A DNA stretch of 64,000 bases, from positions 23,562,001 to 23,626,000 of the forward strand of contig NC_045697.1 of the NCBI RefSeq assembly GCF_009834535.1, written 5' to 3'. Origin of the DNA: Camelus ferus (Eukaryota). The notes below the pieces were generated by a model that saw only the letters and a list, made by a program, of their open reading frames with translations, ran no database searches and had not been told where the DNA came from. Positions 48,670 through 61,510 of this stretch are shown piece after piece (position 1 is the stretch's first letter; each line of letters begins with the position of its first letter). The translations under genes were made by a program, and so were the position numbers.

Positions 48670-49607
48670 GAGGTTGATACTGATGTGTGACAAATTACCA
48701 CAAACATAGAAGCTGAAAACAACAAAATTGTATAATCTCGTTGTCTTAGTGAATCCAGGGTGCTATAACAAAAATACCATAAAAGGAGTGAAAAACAATA
48801 GAAACTTAATTCTCATAGTTTTGGATGCTGGGAAATCCAAGGCCCAGGTGCTGGCCAATTTGGTTCCTGGTGAGAACCCTCATTTGCAGATGGGTGGATA
48901 CCTTCTTGCTGAATCCTCACATGGTGGAGAGAGAGCGATCTTCAGTTTCTTCACTCCATCGCGAGAACACTAATCCCATCACGGGGGCTCCCTGCTCACA
49001 ACCTCATCTAAACGTAATTACCTCCCAAAGGCCCCACCTCCTAATACCATCTCATTTGGGGTTAGGGTTTCAACATATGGATTTTGAGGGGACACAAACA
49101 CGCAATTCATGACACTCACGGTTTTCATGGGTCAGGTGTCTGGGTATGGTTTTGCTAGGTCCTCTGCCCAACATCTCAAAGTCTGAAATCAAGGTATCAG
49201 CTAGAACCATGATTTCATCTAAGAAGGCCCAGTTTCCTCTTCCAAGTACATTCAGGTTGTTGGCAAAATTTATTTCTTGAGATCATAGGACTGAGTTTTC
49301 TATTTTCTTGCTTGTTTTCATCCAAGAGTTTCTCAGCTACTAGAGTCCTAGCCATATGATCTTCTCTCAACCTAGCACCTTACTTCATCAAAACCAGAAG
49401 TCCTTCATTTTAAGAGCTCACTGATTAGGTTCAGTGCACCCAGGATCAGTGGATTACTGACCATAATTACATCCACAAAACCCCACGTGCCACATAAAGT
49501 AACATAATCACAGGAATAGTATCTCATTGTATTTCCAGGACCTAAGCACACGCCAAGGGAGTAGAATTAAACAGAGCATTGGGGGTCATATTTGAATTCT
49601 GCTGATC
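48670..49607 (-). mobile_element. MaLR MLT1 (D/E-like) LTR split by a nested LTR
   Basis: acaaattaccacaaacatagaagctgaaaacaacaaaatt...ctc | ctcacggttttcatgggtcagg...gggggtcatatttgaattctgc. Confidence 0.75.
48742..49113 (-). mobile_element. MaLR MLT1A-like LTR (nested)
   Basis: tgtcttagt...gctataacaaaaataccat...ccaaaggccccacctcctaataccatc...caacatatggattttgaggggacacaaac...aca. Confidence 0.88.
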
Positions 49608-50149
49608 AGAGAATATATACACACAAATGTATATGTGTATATATACAATTTTTTTTTCCTGTAGGACATGAATATGCAAACATACACAACACACATACAA
49701 ACACACACAATATGGAAGGCATATATCAGAGTTTTGGGCCTACATACAGAATCTTCCAGGCTGCCACTTAAATTCTTTCCCTTCCTAGATAGTTCAACGT
49801 TTAAAAAAAAAAAATCAATACAAATATGTACCTATCCCCAAAAAGTCCAAAAAAGGGGAAAAATGTGACTCATAAGCTACCCAATCTAAAAATTTAGAAG
49901 ACAGTAGGAAAAGTAGATCTACACCTAAACAATACAATGCAGACTACATCCAGTGCCATAATAGGGAATGTAAAAATTATTTTGTAGTAAGAACAAGGAC
50001 AAATTAATTACAAGGGAGTTGCAGAAGAAAGAGGAAAAGTTGGAGACCAGCAGGTCAAGGACAAATTGGACAGGAGCCAGGCTTTCAAAGTTGTGTAAGA
50101 TTTCAACAGAAAGATTGAGAATGAAAATTTATAACATTTCAGATTATTC

Positions 50150-50560
50150 ATCCAACTGATCATTGACTATTTAGCCAATATTATTGGGCACTGGAAATAT
50201 ATAAGGCACCATGCTACTGAGTGCTGAGTATATACCAGAAACACATGGCTGAGCAGGCCACATATATTAACTCATTAAATACTTAAAATGACCCTAAATG
50301 GGGAAGCACCATTATAAAGAAGTAATTATGGGCCAAAAATGAGAAAGGAAATTTTAAAAGCTTCCTCAATGATATGACCTGTGAGCTAAATTTTGAAGAA
50401 GGTATAGGAATTATTTAGCAATAAAAACTGGGGTAGAGAAATTATGTATATAAGTCACCCAAGCACTAGAGAGCAGGGTACATTTGATAACTGCAAATTG
50501 TTCCATGGTACTAGAACATGACTGTGGAGATAAGAAAGTTCTATAAGCAAATATGATAAT
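50150..50560 (-). mobile_element. L2 LINE remnant
   Basis: aaaagcttcctcaatgatatgacctgtgagctaaattttgaagaaggtataggaatt. Confidence 0.55.
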
Positions 50561-51449
50561 TTTATGTGATTAAGAAAAGGTACATCCATCAGGTAGATAT
50601 ATTGCCAAGAAATGCTCCTTCCCCTGCTGCCCCTAACCAGCGTATGGACTTATCAAGTGGAATGAAAGCTAAATTCCAGACCCAGTTTATAATGATGATC
50701 AGGATGCCCAGAAAAATCAGCTACAAGTTTATCCAAATCCATCTCCCCAGACCTTCTGATTTGGGGTACAATGGAGGTAAAGGACTTCAGAGATGGAGTT
50801 TAAGTGAACTAACTAGATTAACGGCAGATGCTATCCGATAAGAAACTTATGCAACAGGATGCCAACATTAATTCTACAGGGAGGTAGTATGAAAATATGT
50901 AATAAGTATGGGGATCTGAGAGTAAGCAGGCCTATGTCTTGCTCCTTCACAAGGTCCCACAATGGATCAGACCCCTTGCCAAGAACACTGAGCCACCTTA
51001 ACACAGAAAAGTAGATTAGAAAGGGCAATGCTTTGTGTGAGGCAGACTTATTGACCTGAATCCACTTTTCAGAGTTCTTGTAGACCCCATGTTAAATTTT
51101 CTGGGTTTAAGGGACATGGGCATGACCTTGAGAAATATTAAGGAATATAATGTAAAGGGACCTTGCAGCCACAGTAAAGTATATTAAAAGAAAATAAAAA
51201 TCAAAGGGACTGGCAAAGCTGGTGATGTCAGCTTGGACAGATGACCAGGACTAAGTCTGAGATGTTGTCTCTCCTCCATGTCATGAAGCAAACTCCTGGA
51301 ATTTAGACTCAACCCTGGTGAAAAGACAGGTTGAGGAATTCCAACCTTGAATTTATCAGAAAGTATTTTTTCATGGGAGAAATTTAAAAAACAAAATAAA
51401 ATAGCAGAAAATAAACAATAATGGGATAGAATTACAATGAACTGACTAA

Positions 51450-53080
51450 ATTCCCACATAAGTTCAAAGCTCTAAATAAAAACTGAATTTATGGCACAAA
51501 AAACTAAATCATGTAATTCTTACAGTCATGAGTTTGGTCACAGAAGGTTTTAGGATAGATAAGAGAGTTCAGTGATAAAATATATTTTATTTTAATTACA
51601 GAATAATAGATTGAATGGTTTTAAGAAAAATGGTAAAATGATCAGATTTGTAGTTTAAAAGGTGACTGTCTACAGTACCAATGATGTGCTGGAGGATATT
51701 TGGGTTGGAGACAAAAACTCTTATCAAGGAGTCAATGTTGATGCTTTGATTCAGATGATTTAGAACAAGAGTTAAAATAAGATAGTGTCAAATTATTTTA
51801 TCTTCCTATAAAGAAAGAAACAATTTATTATGGGGAGAGAAAAAGAGGGATAATCAAGAATGAAGATCCTTGGGTTTCTATTATATCAGCTAGATTGAAA
51901 AATAATGTCATTTGTCAAAACAGGGAGTTTAGGCAGGAACCAGCAATTAAGATGGGAATACTGAGTCTGAAGTATTTGTGGGCCATGAAAATCAGAAAGG
52001 TGTGCATGGCTGAAGCTCCACAGAGAACTCCAGACTGGAGATAGTGAGTTGTGTCATCAGCATAGAGGAGGTAGTTGAAGACATGGGATGAGCTGTCTCA
52101 CAAAGGGTATAAATGTACAAAGAAATCCAAAATGGAACACTGGAAGATAGGGAAACACATGCCCCAGAGAAGAGTGAAATAAGTCACAATGGAAACACTG
52201 CTTTCCTGGTAGACAAGGAAGAACAGAGTTTCAAAAAGAAAAGAAAAGATTAACAGTGTAAATGTCAAGAAGAGTTTAAATGTGATAAGGACTAAAATGT
52301 GTCTATTAGATTAAGCAAAGAATAAGACAGTGCTGACCTTTGAGAAAAATTCAATAAAAATGGTAAGGGCAAAAGTTAAATTACATGGAGCTGTGATATG
52401 GATAGGAGGTTAGACTTAGTGTTTCAAGTATTTCCATCATGAAGAGAAGGAGGATTGGAAAGCAGCTAGAAAGGTCAAAGTGGCCACAGTGTATTCTCAG
52501 CAGGGACAATGTCACCTACAAGGTACATACTAGTTTTTTTTTTAAACAAAGGAATGAGAATGGAAAAAAATCTAACTCTTTTTGTATAAAAACATTAAGA
52601 TGCATATAATACTCAAAGAGGCATAGAGTATATCTATAGTATTAAAATTCCTGGGGCAAAATTAGGAAAAACTGTCCAAAAAGTTTCCCTAAGAGACTAA
52701 TAATAATAAAAATAATAAAAATTTTTAAAAACTTGGGTAAAGTAGTAGTGCTTGCAGAAAAGGAATTATTGAAAGATAAAGAAAAAATAAAAGTATTTAT
52801 AATCGATAAAAATTATAATAAAAATTTGAGATGCAAGAGGAAACAGTTGTGAGAAAAAGATTAATCTTAGAAAGTATAAATGATACTTTTTTCTCTGAAA
52901 GGAAGGAAAAATAAGAATGAAAGTAGATACCCATATTTTGTAAATGAGAGAGTCCTGTTTGGAGGCTTTTATCTTCTTGTTTCTAAGAGATCAAATCATT
53001 TGATCAGAGTGAAGGATCAAGAGATCAGACAGAAAGAAGAAATTAGAAGTTAAGGACATGTTAAACCATTGTGGAGAAAA
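51450..53080 (-). mobile_element. L2 LINE remnant (interrupted)
   Basis: atgatcagatttgtagtttaaaaggtgactgtct...gactggagatagtgagttgtgtcatcagcatagaggaggtagttgaag...tgtctattagattaagcaa. Confidence 0.65.
52487..52740. mobile_element. hAT-Charlie MITE (MER112-like)
   Basis: cagtgtattctcagcagggacaatgtcacc...ctctttttgtataaaa...gtatatctatagtattaaaattc...attaggaaaaa. Confidence 0.55.
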
Positions 53081-53089
53081 TAGAATATT

Positions 53090-53615
53090 CTAGGCAGAGT
53101 TCTAAAGATGACCTTCAAGACTCCTGCCCCTTGGGGTACACGTCCTGCTTTTAGTTCTCTCCCTGTGGATGTGAGCAAGACTATGAATGACTAATTTTGC
53201 TCCCACCATTAGGTTAATTTATATGACAAAGGAAGGGATTTGAATAGGTAATTCCCACATATTTTTGAGGAATCAAAAGAGAGATTATGCTGGGTGATCC
53301 AATGCTTGATTCAATCAATCCTTTCAAATCTTGGAAGGGCTTGGGCCCTTCCTGAAGGAAGAGTCTCAAAATTCCTGTGTAGTTCTTCCTGTTGACACTG
53401 AAAAAGTAAACAGTTGTTTTGTGAACCACTATGGAATTTGTTCACATGACAATGAACCATGTGTGGCCTTAGGAGTTGGGCAGTCTCTGGTAGGTATTTA
53501 GCAAGAAGATGGGCAACTCAATTTTAAGACCACCAGGAAATGAATTCTGCCAACAACCTGAATGTGTTTTAGAAGGAGATCCTTCCCTAGTTGAGCCTCC
53601 AGAAAAGAATATAGT
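53090..53615 (+). mobile_element. MaLR MLT1E-like LTR, partial
   Basis: ggcagagttctaaagatgacc...aaaagagagattatgctgggtg...gaaatgaattctgccaacaacctgaatg...ttgagcctccaga. Confidence 0.8.
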
Positions 53616-53839
53616 CAGTGAGGCTAGAATCCATCTGTACAGCTGTAGAAAGATTTTCCAGAATCACTCAGTCTCTAGAGGTGAGGGAGCAGGAATTACC
53701 TGCAATTTTTCTAGAAAAGAGTGGTAGAAGGGAAGGAGAGGGAAGGACAACATAACAGAAAAACAACATTGGCATGGGAGTGACTTAAGTAATGGAACCT
53801 GAGAGGGCTACTACTATTTATCAGGAGTATGATGGTAAG

Positions 53840-53985
53840 AAACCTCCCTGTGTCTTAGTTTCCTCATCTGAAAAGTGGGATAATAATAGTAGATACCTCA
53901 TAGGATTGTTGTGGATGCTTAACACATATAAAGCATGTACAGTTGTGCCTGCCCCATGGTGAGCCCTTAAGAACTGTTAGGCAGT
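53840..53985 (+). mobile_element. MIR SINE
   Basis: tgtcttagtttcctcatctgaaaagtgggataataatagtagatacctcataggattgttgtgga is close to the MIR core. Confidence 0.85.
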
Positions 53986-54147
53986 GATAAAGGGAGTAGT
54001 GATGAAGTCATAGTAATGTTAATGGAGAAGGAAGATGAAATCAGAGTGGACAGATTAGAAGAAAGTAGAAATTAAAGGACTGCATGAAAGCAGAAAATCA
54101 AAGGAAAAATGTGGATAGGGTCAAGAAAAAAGGGCGCCCAAGGGGAC

Positions 54148-54641
54148 TGTAGTTAAAGTGCAATATTGGATTTACAATTTGGAAGAGTATATAAACAGAA
54201 GAATGTTACCCTTCAATGCAGTTCTACAAGAATCAAGTCATTAGCCACTGTAGTTGCTGACCTACCTACACCCAGAGAGAAATTCAGGATGAAGAACAGG
54301 ATAAGGCACTCTGTGCTTTGGGAAAACAGGCAAAACAAGCCCTTAGATAGGTAGATATATTCCAGGAAAGTTTTTAATAAACCCAGATTCTTGCATCTTC
54401 CCAATCATTAACTAAGATATCTGGGCCTCATGACTAGCAGTAACCTTTTACTGAGACTTATGCTTGACCACAATATCCCCTAGCCAAAACCACATATATA
54501 CTGTCTCTCCCCCTCCCTTGTGGGAGCAGTTCCTCAGAGCTCTCTGAGAGGCTGTCTCCCAGGCTATAGTCCTCAGTAAGACATTGAATAAAACTCAACT
54601 CATAGCTTTTAACATTGCATGGGTTTTTTTCCTAGTTGACA
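54148..54641 (+). mobile_element. ERV1 LTR (MER41-like)
   Basis: TG...CA termini; cccagattcttgcatcttccca; gagaggctgtctcccaggctatagtcctcagtaag; AATAAA at ~54587. Confidence 0.7.
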
Positions 54642-55109
54642 AGTACTTGGAAGTGAACTTGGAAGTGTGTGAGTGTATGTGTCTGTGTATCATAGATCTT
54701 TTGCACCAGAGAAATACATGACACAATTTTTCATGGAATATTTGTGGAAAAGAAAAAGAAAAAATAATATGAAACAGGAGAGAATATAGCTAAATGGATT
54801 GGTAGGTATTCAAACAATTAATCTCACAAAACAGATTCATATCAACTGGGATAAAAGTCCCTGGGGGCATGTTTAGGATTCTTTTTGTTAAACGGTGTTA
54901 ATTATCTGTGTGGCATGGTTGGCTAAGCTGTAATGTATGTAACATACAGAGATACCTTGATGCATGGCTTAAATGGAAATATAAAATATTTTTAAGATGA
55001 AATAATGGTATGTAACTTGTTGGAATTTAAAACCTTTGTCTAAGGCACTCACAATTTTTGTGGAAGCATAAGATACTAAGTGTATTTGTTTGCAAAAAGA
55101 GCCACATTG

Positions 55110-55595
55110 TTTTGTAACTGTTCTCATCCAAGATGTAGAACCCATTACTCTACCCTTGACGGGGGAACTTGCCTGCCTTCTTATTTGCTCTACCTAACTG
55201 AATGTGGAGAACGTGATGCTGTGCTATTTCTTAGCTTAAGCCTTAGAGGCTGAACAGCTTCCACTCTTGCTCATTTTGGGATTCTGTGACTGTCATATGA
55301 AGAAGTGTATCTGATGAGAAACATGAGACATAGAGCCTTCTGCTGCTCTGGTCCACAATCCAGCCACTGCCCGACATGTGCATGAAGCCCTCCTGGATCA
55401 GTCAACCACCAACCAACCCACCAGCAAAGCACATTCCATGAATGAGCCCAGTGGAGGTCAGTCAAGTTGGCTCAGACACCAGTAGTTGAACTGCCCGCCA
55501 ACACAAAATGGTGAGCAAAATAAACATCTGCTATTTTAAGCCCCTAAGTTGGGAAATGGTTGGTATGGACATGGTAATGCAGCTAGAGAAAACAA
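55110..55595 (+). mobile_element. MaLR MLT1 (G/H-like) LTR
   Basis: gaatgtggagaacgtgatgctgtgctatttc...cagcttccactcttgc...gtgagcaaaataaacatctgctattttaagcccctaagtt. Confidence 0.75.
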
Positions 55596-55899
55596 GCTAA
55601 TGTTTTGTTTATATACTCAGTATAATCACCTAACTGCTAAGGGGCTACAACAAACAGAGAAAGAAAATAAACACAGTGACCCATTTTCTTAGGTTGTATT
55701 AATTGAGATAAACTGTCCAGAACAATACTGATAATCATTCTAGGCTGCATTCTCCCAGCCATGTTACAGATGGAGAATGGTATTCAAGTGAAGTATTTTA
55801 TAGGAATATTAATTAATCGCTGCATATGCAAAGGGAAATAACCAGAATTGTTATCCTAAAACTCCATCATTCATTTCTTGTACAACCTGAAGATATGAA

Positions 55900-56150
55900 A
55901 ATTCAGGAAGAGCCTAAGAACTATCTCCAAATATCTTAGATTTAACATGTCATGGAGGACTGAACTTATATTCTGCATGGCTCTGAAATGCAGAGAATAG
56001 ATCAGAATATTTAGGGGAAAACAAATATCAGTTTAATCCAACCAGAAATATTCCAATAGTTAAATTCAAAAGGAATTAAGTTGTAAATTGGTAAAGACAC
56101 CTTTCACAAGAAGCATGGAATCAAGTTAAGGCTAGAACTGTAGCATTCCT
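55900..56150 (+). mobile_element. L3/CR1 remnant
   Basis: ctatctccaaatatctt...atgtcatggaggactgaacttatattctgcatggctctgaaatgcaga. Confidence 0.45.
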
Positions 56151-56419
56151 TCCAACATGGAAGTGTTACTATGTTATATGCACTTTCTAACACAAGGGAG
56201 AGAATGGATTGTCTTTAAGCTTGATCACAATGTCAATCAAGAGAACACCCCTCTTCCATGTATACACATTGGAAGAGTTCAGTAAAACAAAATAACTATC
56301 TAACTGCACCATCTAAGAAACTTTTAAAATACACTGAGCCTTGAGTTTTGCCTTAAAAGATAGAAAGAAGGGATATTTAAATTCAGTTCCCTAAAGCTTA
56401 TATCTATCACCAAGCATGT

Positions 56420-56685
56420 AATAACAATGGATAATGTTTACAGACTACTTACTAAGCACACAAAACTCTGCTGACTGTATCCATTTATCTCACTTTCAAC
56501 TTTGCAATAGTCCTGTTAGATATGAATCCATATTTCTCCAGTTTAGAGACAAAGAAACTCAGAGAACAAAAAGGTTAAGTAATTTGCCTAAGGATGCACC
56601 GCTAGAAAAGAGCAGAGTCAGCAACCACCCTCATTCAATGACACCCCAGACCCCACGTGTTTAACCAGTAGGGCACTACCTCCAT
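56420..56685 (-). mobile_element. MIR SINE
   Basis: ctccagtttagagacaaagaaactcagagaacaaaaaggttaagtaatttgcctaagg. Confidence 0.8.
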
Positions 56686-58199
56686 GAAAAACTCTATGCA
56701 AGACACTGCACTGGGCTCAGGGAGAGACACTGACCTAAATATTTCTAATTGAAGCTCTAAAGACTACCATAGCATGAGAAGGAACAATATGGAATAACTA
56801 AATACAATTGAAGACAGAGTTTGGTAAATTTTAAAATGTACCCACAAATCAAATGCTATGGGACCACAGTAGTGGCTGAGATTCGTTTCACTGAGGAGAT
56901 TAGGGACAACTTCATGGAGGAGATGACATTTAATTTTGATTTTGAAGGAGGGATGTAATTTTAAGCATTTTTATCACTCTGACAATTTAAGAGACAGATG
57001 ATGTTTTGTTGCTATGGGATGAAGCAAAAACTCCAGGGGGAATTGAGAGAGGATTTTTTTTCTCCTATTCACAAGGCAAAGCAGCTCTGCTACCAAAAAA
57101 GAAAAATCAGGTACATGATGTCTTAGATTCCTGTGGATATCTTTCACTAACAGAGTATTTTATTTCACACATTCTGCAATACATGAAAGTTTATCTCACA
57201 TGCAACTTTCTTTGAGTTGCATGTGCTTTCGATAAAATGCAATGCTGTCAGAGAATTAACAAAAGTAACATTGTAGGGTATAGTTATGTGCTTCACTGAG
57301 TTCTTAAAAAGGAATCTGTAAAATAAATTAGAGCAATAGTATCTTAAAGTCTGTGAACATTTTGCAATGAAATTAGAAGGGCATCAAAAACAAATAAACA
57401 CTTTTTAATCTGTCTGCTAAATTACCTTTTTTTAGGTTTTCTTTTTCTCCTCCCTCTCAGTCCTAGACATGGGTTCCTTATCTTAGCATCACATAAAAGA
57501 ACAATCCTTGAATTTACTTTCAAACTAGAAACCCCTGTCTCTACCTAGTCCCTCCCAGTTAAAGCTTTCGTTGAAGACTACATTGTGGAACCAGCCTGTC
57601 ATGTCTACCTGGTAGTTCAGTCTCCCATGAAACTTTTAGGGCCTTTTGGGTCATCTGCTTTATGTGCCACTGGCCTCACTCACATCCCCAAAGTGCACCA
57701 CACCATCCATGAAATTGACATCTCTGACAGAATGCCTCATGCTCAGTGATGCCTTCTTCCGAGAGATATCCCTTCGGACAAAGACCAAAAGGGAGATGGG
57801 GGTAGCAGAAGCGAAAACAAAATGTAAGCCTGAAGAGAAGACAGAACTGTTTCTTGAAAAGTTGTACATGCCATGCTACAATAGATGAATTTCACTGAGT
57901 AATTTGGAATTCTTTAAAAGTGGTAGCAGCACCGTGATCATCTGTATTGCTTCAGTGGCACATAAAAACAAGAACGTGAGAAAATACAGCAAGGGAAATC
58001 AGTTTATCACAGTGTGATGATTCAGGTGTGTGGTGAACGTGGTCAGAAATGAACAGATGAAGTGGAAATGAACGGGCAGGGTGGATGGAAGGGGAGCTGC
58101 CGAGGTAGCATAAACAGAAAGCGATGCCGCAGCTAAGGGGCTGCTGATGGCAGAGGACGACCATAAAGCTTTCAGCCTAGGAGGCTGATGAGTTTAATT

Positions 58200-58950
58200 C
58201 ACTCAAGAAAACCTTCCTAGGTACTTGAAATGGGCTGGACTCAGAGAGAGACAATTGGATACAGGGAGGAAAAAAAAGCCACAATTCCTACTATCATAGT
58301 TCGCAGTTTATCGTGGAAGATCAATAGTCAGAACAGTAAGAATTAATGATAATTGTAAGCAGCGGAGCTTCAGAAATGGTTTGTATGTTTAAAAATAGAG
58401 CCGTGGCTGGAAAGTATGATATTCAGGAACAGCTTATACTAACAGGTGACAAGTGAGTGAATTATAAAAATAAATGTGTATTTTTTGCTAGAAATAGTTG
58501 GATGGGAAAAGGGCATACCTGAAAGAGAGGTCAACAACTTCAAATTGTTATTGGGGGCATAAGAAAAACTCAAAATTTTACGGCCATTATTCATGCCTAG
58601 AAATTAGAATTTAGTGGGAGACTGAGAAAAAATAAAATTTTGGGTGGTCAGGGAGATTTTTCACGGAAGATTTCTGTGGATAATGCCTTGAATCAATGGA
58701 AAACATTAAAGGATTTTAATCAAGGAAGTTCAAAGATTAGATTTATATTTCAAAAATCTCTAGGGCTGCATCATGGAAGATTGATTCATGGTGACCAGAC
58801 GGGGGACATGAGACCAGTTAGGGAGAAGATGCTGTAAGGAAGGGGAGGGGTGGTAATGACCTTTCCTAGAGGGCAGGGGAAAAGGTAAGAGAGATTAGAA
58901 AACCGTTTGAAATGGTTTCTTAAGAGGATGAAATTAGTATTACGTTATGA
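58200..58950 (-). mobile_element. L2 remnant
   Basis: ggaaaacattaaaggattttaatcaaggaagt...attagatttatatttcaaaaatctctagggctgc...gagaccagttaggg. Confidence 0.6.
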
Positions 58951-59069
58951 TCAAAAAATATGTGCTAAGATTCTACTGCTTTAGAAAGGCCGTCCCTGCT
59001 AAGGGTAAGTAATAGCCACCCATGGCAGAGACATCTGCCCACCCACATCCTTCCCCCTTGCTTTCCTTC

Positions 59070-59885
59070 ATGACATTATTGCACTCCAAGTAGCAATGAA
59101 AATGCCAAAAAGACAGCATCTCTTTCAGCATGATGTAGATGATTAGAATTAAATGAACATGATTTTTGGAGTCTCCAGGAAATAGCATTGGAAGGTGTCA
59201 ACTTCTTCGGAATGTTCCTCTTTCTCCTCTTCTGTGCGTTCTGTTTTCCACTACCTGGAGCTTAGACTCAACAGCTGAAGTCCCAGCAGCCTCCATGAAC
59301 TGAGAAGCGATTTTGAGTTGGGAGGTATCTTGGTCAGCTCAGGCTGCTGTAACGAAGTACCAGAGCCTGGGTAGCTTACGAACAACAGAAATGTATTTCT
59401 CAGAGTGCAGGAAGCTGGAAGTCTGAGATCAGGGTGCCAGCAGGGCTGGGTTCTGGTTAGAATATTCTTCTGGTTTGCAGACTGCCAACTTCTTGTTGTA
59501 TCCTTACACAGCTGAGAGCAGAGACAGGCAGGAAAATCTCTCGTGACTCATAAGAACACTAATCCCACTCATGAGGGCTCTACTCTTATGACCTCATCTA
59601 ACCCTGATTCCTGCCCCCAAACCCTACCTCCTATTATTGTCACATTGAGGGATAGGGTTTCAATGTGTTAATCTTGCAGAGACATAAACATTAGTTCATA
59701 ACAGAAACTCTATGTGAGACTTGTAGGAAAAAAGTGGCTAAAACGTCTCACAAGAAAATGATGCCACTATACAAACCCTGAACTACCTACAGATGGACTT
59801 TCTCTACCATCAGAGAGAAATTAAGAAGTCACTGTTATTTTAGGTTTTCTGTTTCACGTGAAGAAATCTAATCATAAATGATATA
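59070..59885 (+). mobile_element. MaLR MLT1J-like LTR split by a nested LTR
   Basis: cagctgaagtcccagcagcc...| ...ccctgaactacctacagatggact...gtcactgttattttaggttttctgtt. Confidence 0.6.
59326..59703 (-). mobile_element. MaLR MLT1A-like LTR (nested)
   Basis: gctcaggctgctgtaacgaagtacca...aacaacagaaatgtatttctca...ggaagtctgagatcagggtgccagc...aacattagttcataaca. Confidence 0.88.
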
Positions 59886-59939
59886 CCCTTTCCCCACCAT
59901 GCTTAATATTTTTGTTACTTTCCATTACTTAAAACCATA

Positions 59940-60115
59940 TTCTTTATTTATTTGTTACTTTTTCATTGTCTACCCGGTTCCCTCTAGCTCCTAAGCACTA
60001 TGAGAGAACAGTTATTGTTTATCTTGTTTATCATTATACCTGAAGCCTCTAGCACAGAATCTAGCATAAACTGAGTGGCCAACAGATATGCTTTGAATGA
60101 CTAAATGGCTGAATA
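59940..60115 (+). mobile_element. L2 3' end
   Basis: taagcactatgagagaacag...tcttgtttatcattatacctgaagcctctagcacagaatctagcat...ttgaatgactaaatg. Confidence 0.65.
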
Positions 60116-61329
60116 AGATGGGTGGGGATAAGGAATAGGCAGATATATCAAACACTGGTTTCTGCCCTTGGAAGCTGTATCAGTGATATAGACAGCTTTC
60201 ACATGGAGAAAACCTGAAAATCTGAGGAAAGGATGAGTTCAATTTTTAATATACTGAAACTGAGATGTCTATTTTACATCCAAGTTGAATCATCCGGGAG
60301 AAAATTAGGTATATGAATTTAGAGCTCAAAAGAGTGTTCTGGGTTTGGGAATAACAGTATTGTTAATCATCAGTCTATACGGCATAATATGAAGTCCAGG
60401 GAGTTGATGAGATTGTACAAAGAAAATCATTGAGAACAGAAGCCAGAGAAATACAGTATTATGTGCAGTAGAAGAGTTAGAAAGACAGGAAAAGAAAGGG
60501 AAACACATCCTGCAAAACAGAGTTGTGATGAAAGTAAGTGAGAGTGGTAAAACAGAGTCACATACTAAATAAGATAAGAAATTATCCTTCCGATTTCACA
60601 ACTTGAAGACACCCGTAAATACTGGGGCAGCAATAGATTTTGTGAGATGAAAAGACAAAAGTACATGGAAACAAAATTGAGATATTGAATGTAGACCACT
60701 TTTTCATCCAACCATATGAGGAAAGCAACAGGAGAGACACAGCAGGATTAAGAAAAGATGGGATGATGAGAGAAATGTTTATTAATTTTCAAGTGGGAGT
60801 CATTTGGATATGTTTTTATCTAATGCAAAGTAAGCATCAAGACAAAAGAAAGGAGTTAAAAATACAGGGAAAAGAGGAAATTTTGATGGAATAAAATCTC
60901 TCCAGATCCATCAAGCTCAATGTTTGAAGTGAGATATTTTGTAATTCTAAACTTGCAAGGAGAAAAGAGAAATTTACCTGTATAGATCTAAATTCTGACT
61001 CAATTCCTGGTCACAGTTTGCACTGGCTTTTTGAAAACTGCAATGGAAATGTTCAGTCTGACATTTTATCTGGAATGATTTCTTCTTTGCAATTCCTGAA
61101 GAATTTGAAAGGTGATTGGTTCCCTTCCTTGATGTGGAGTCAATATTTCCAAAACGTCTCCTCTGAGGCAAAGCTATCATTAGGACTAAAGCTAAGGTCT
61201 CTGCATGGGATTGATGATTCCCCAATTTTGAAAAGACGAATGAGGAAGTTGAGGGTATAATATTTAAGATATCTAAAGTGATGATGTTGAAGGGTGAAAA
61301 AGAAAAGGAAGCAACACCTTATAAAGTGC

Positions 61330-61510
61330 CTGATATTTGTAATATTTTTCTCAATTCCACATATGACAGAATAGCAATTTTATATACACAGAGTGAAGTG
61401 GAGACGTCTGGTAACTCACCCTGGGGACAGAGCTAGGATATGACAAAATCAAGATTCAAGTTCAGTCTCTTTGATTTCGAAGTCCATGCTCATTCAAGCA
61501 CACCTCACTA
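61330..61510 (-). mobile_element. MIR remnant
   Basis: gtaactcaccctggggacagagctagg...aagattcaagttcagtctctttgatttcgaagtccatgctc. Confidence 0.55.
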
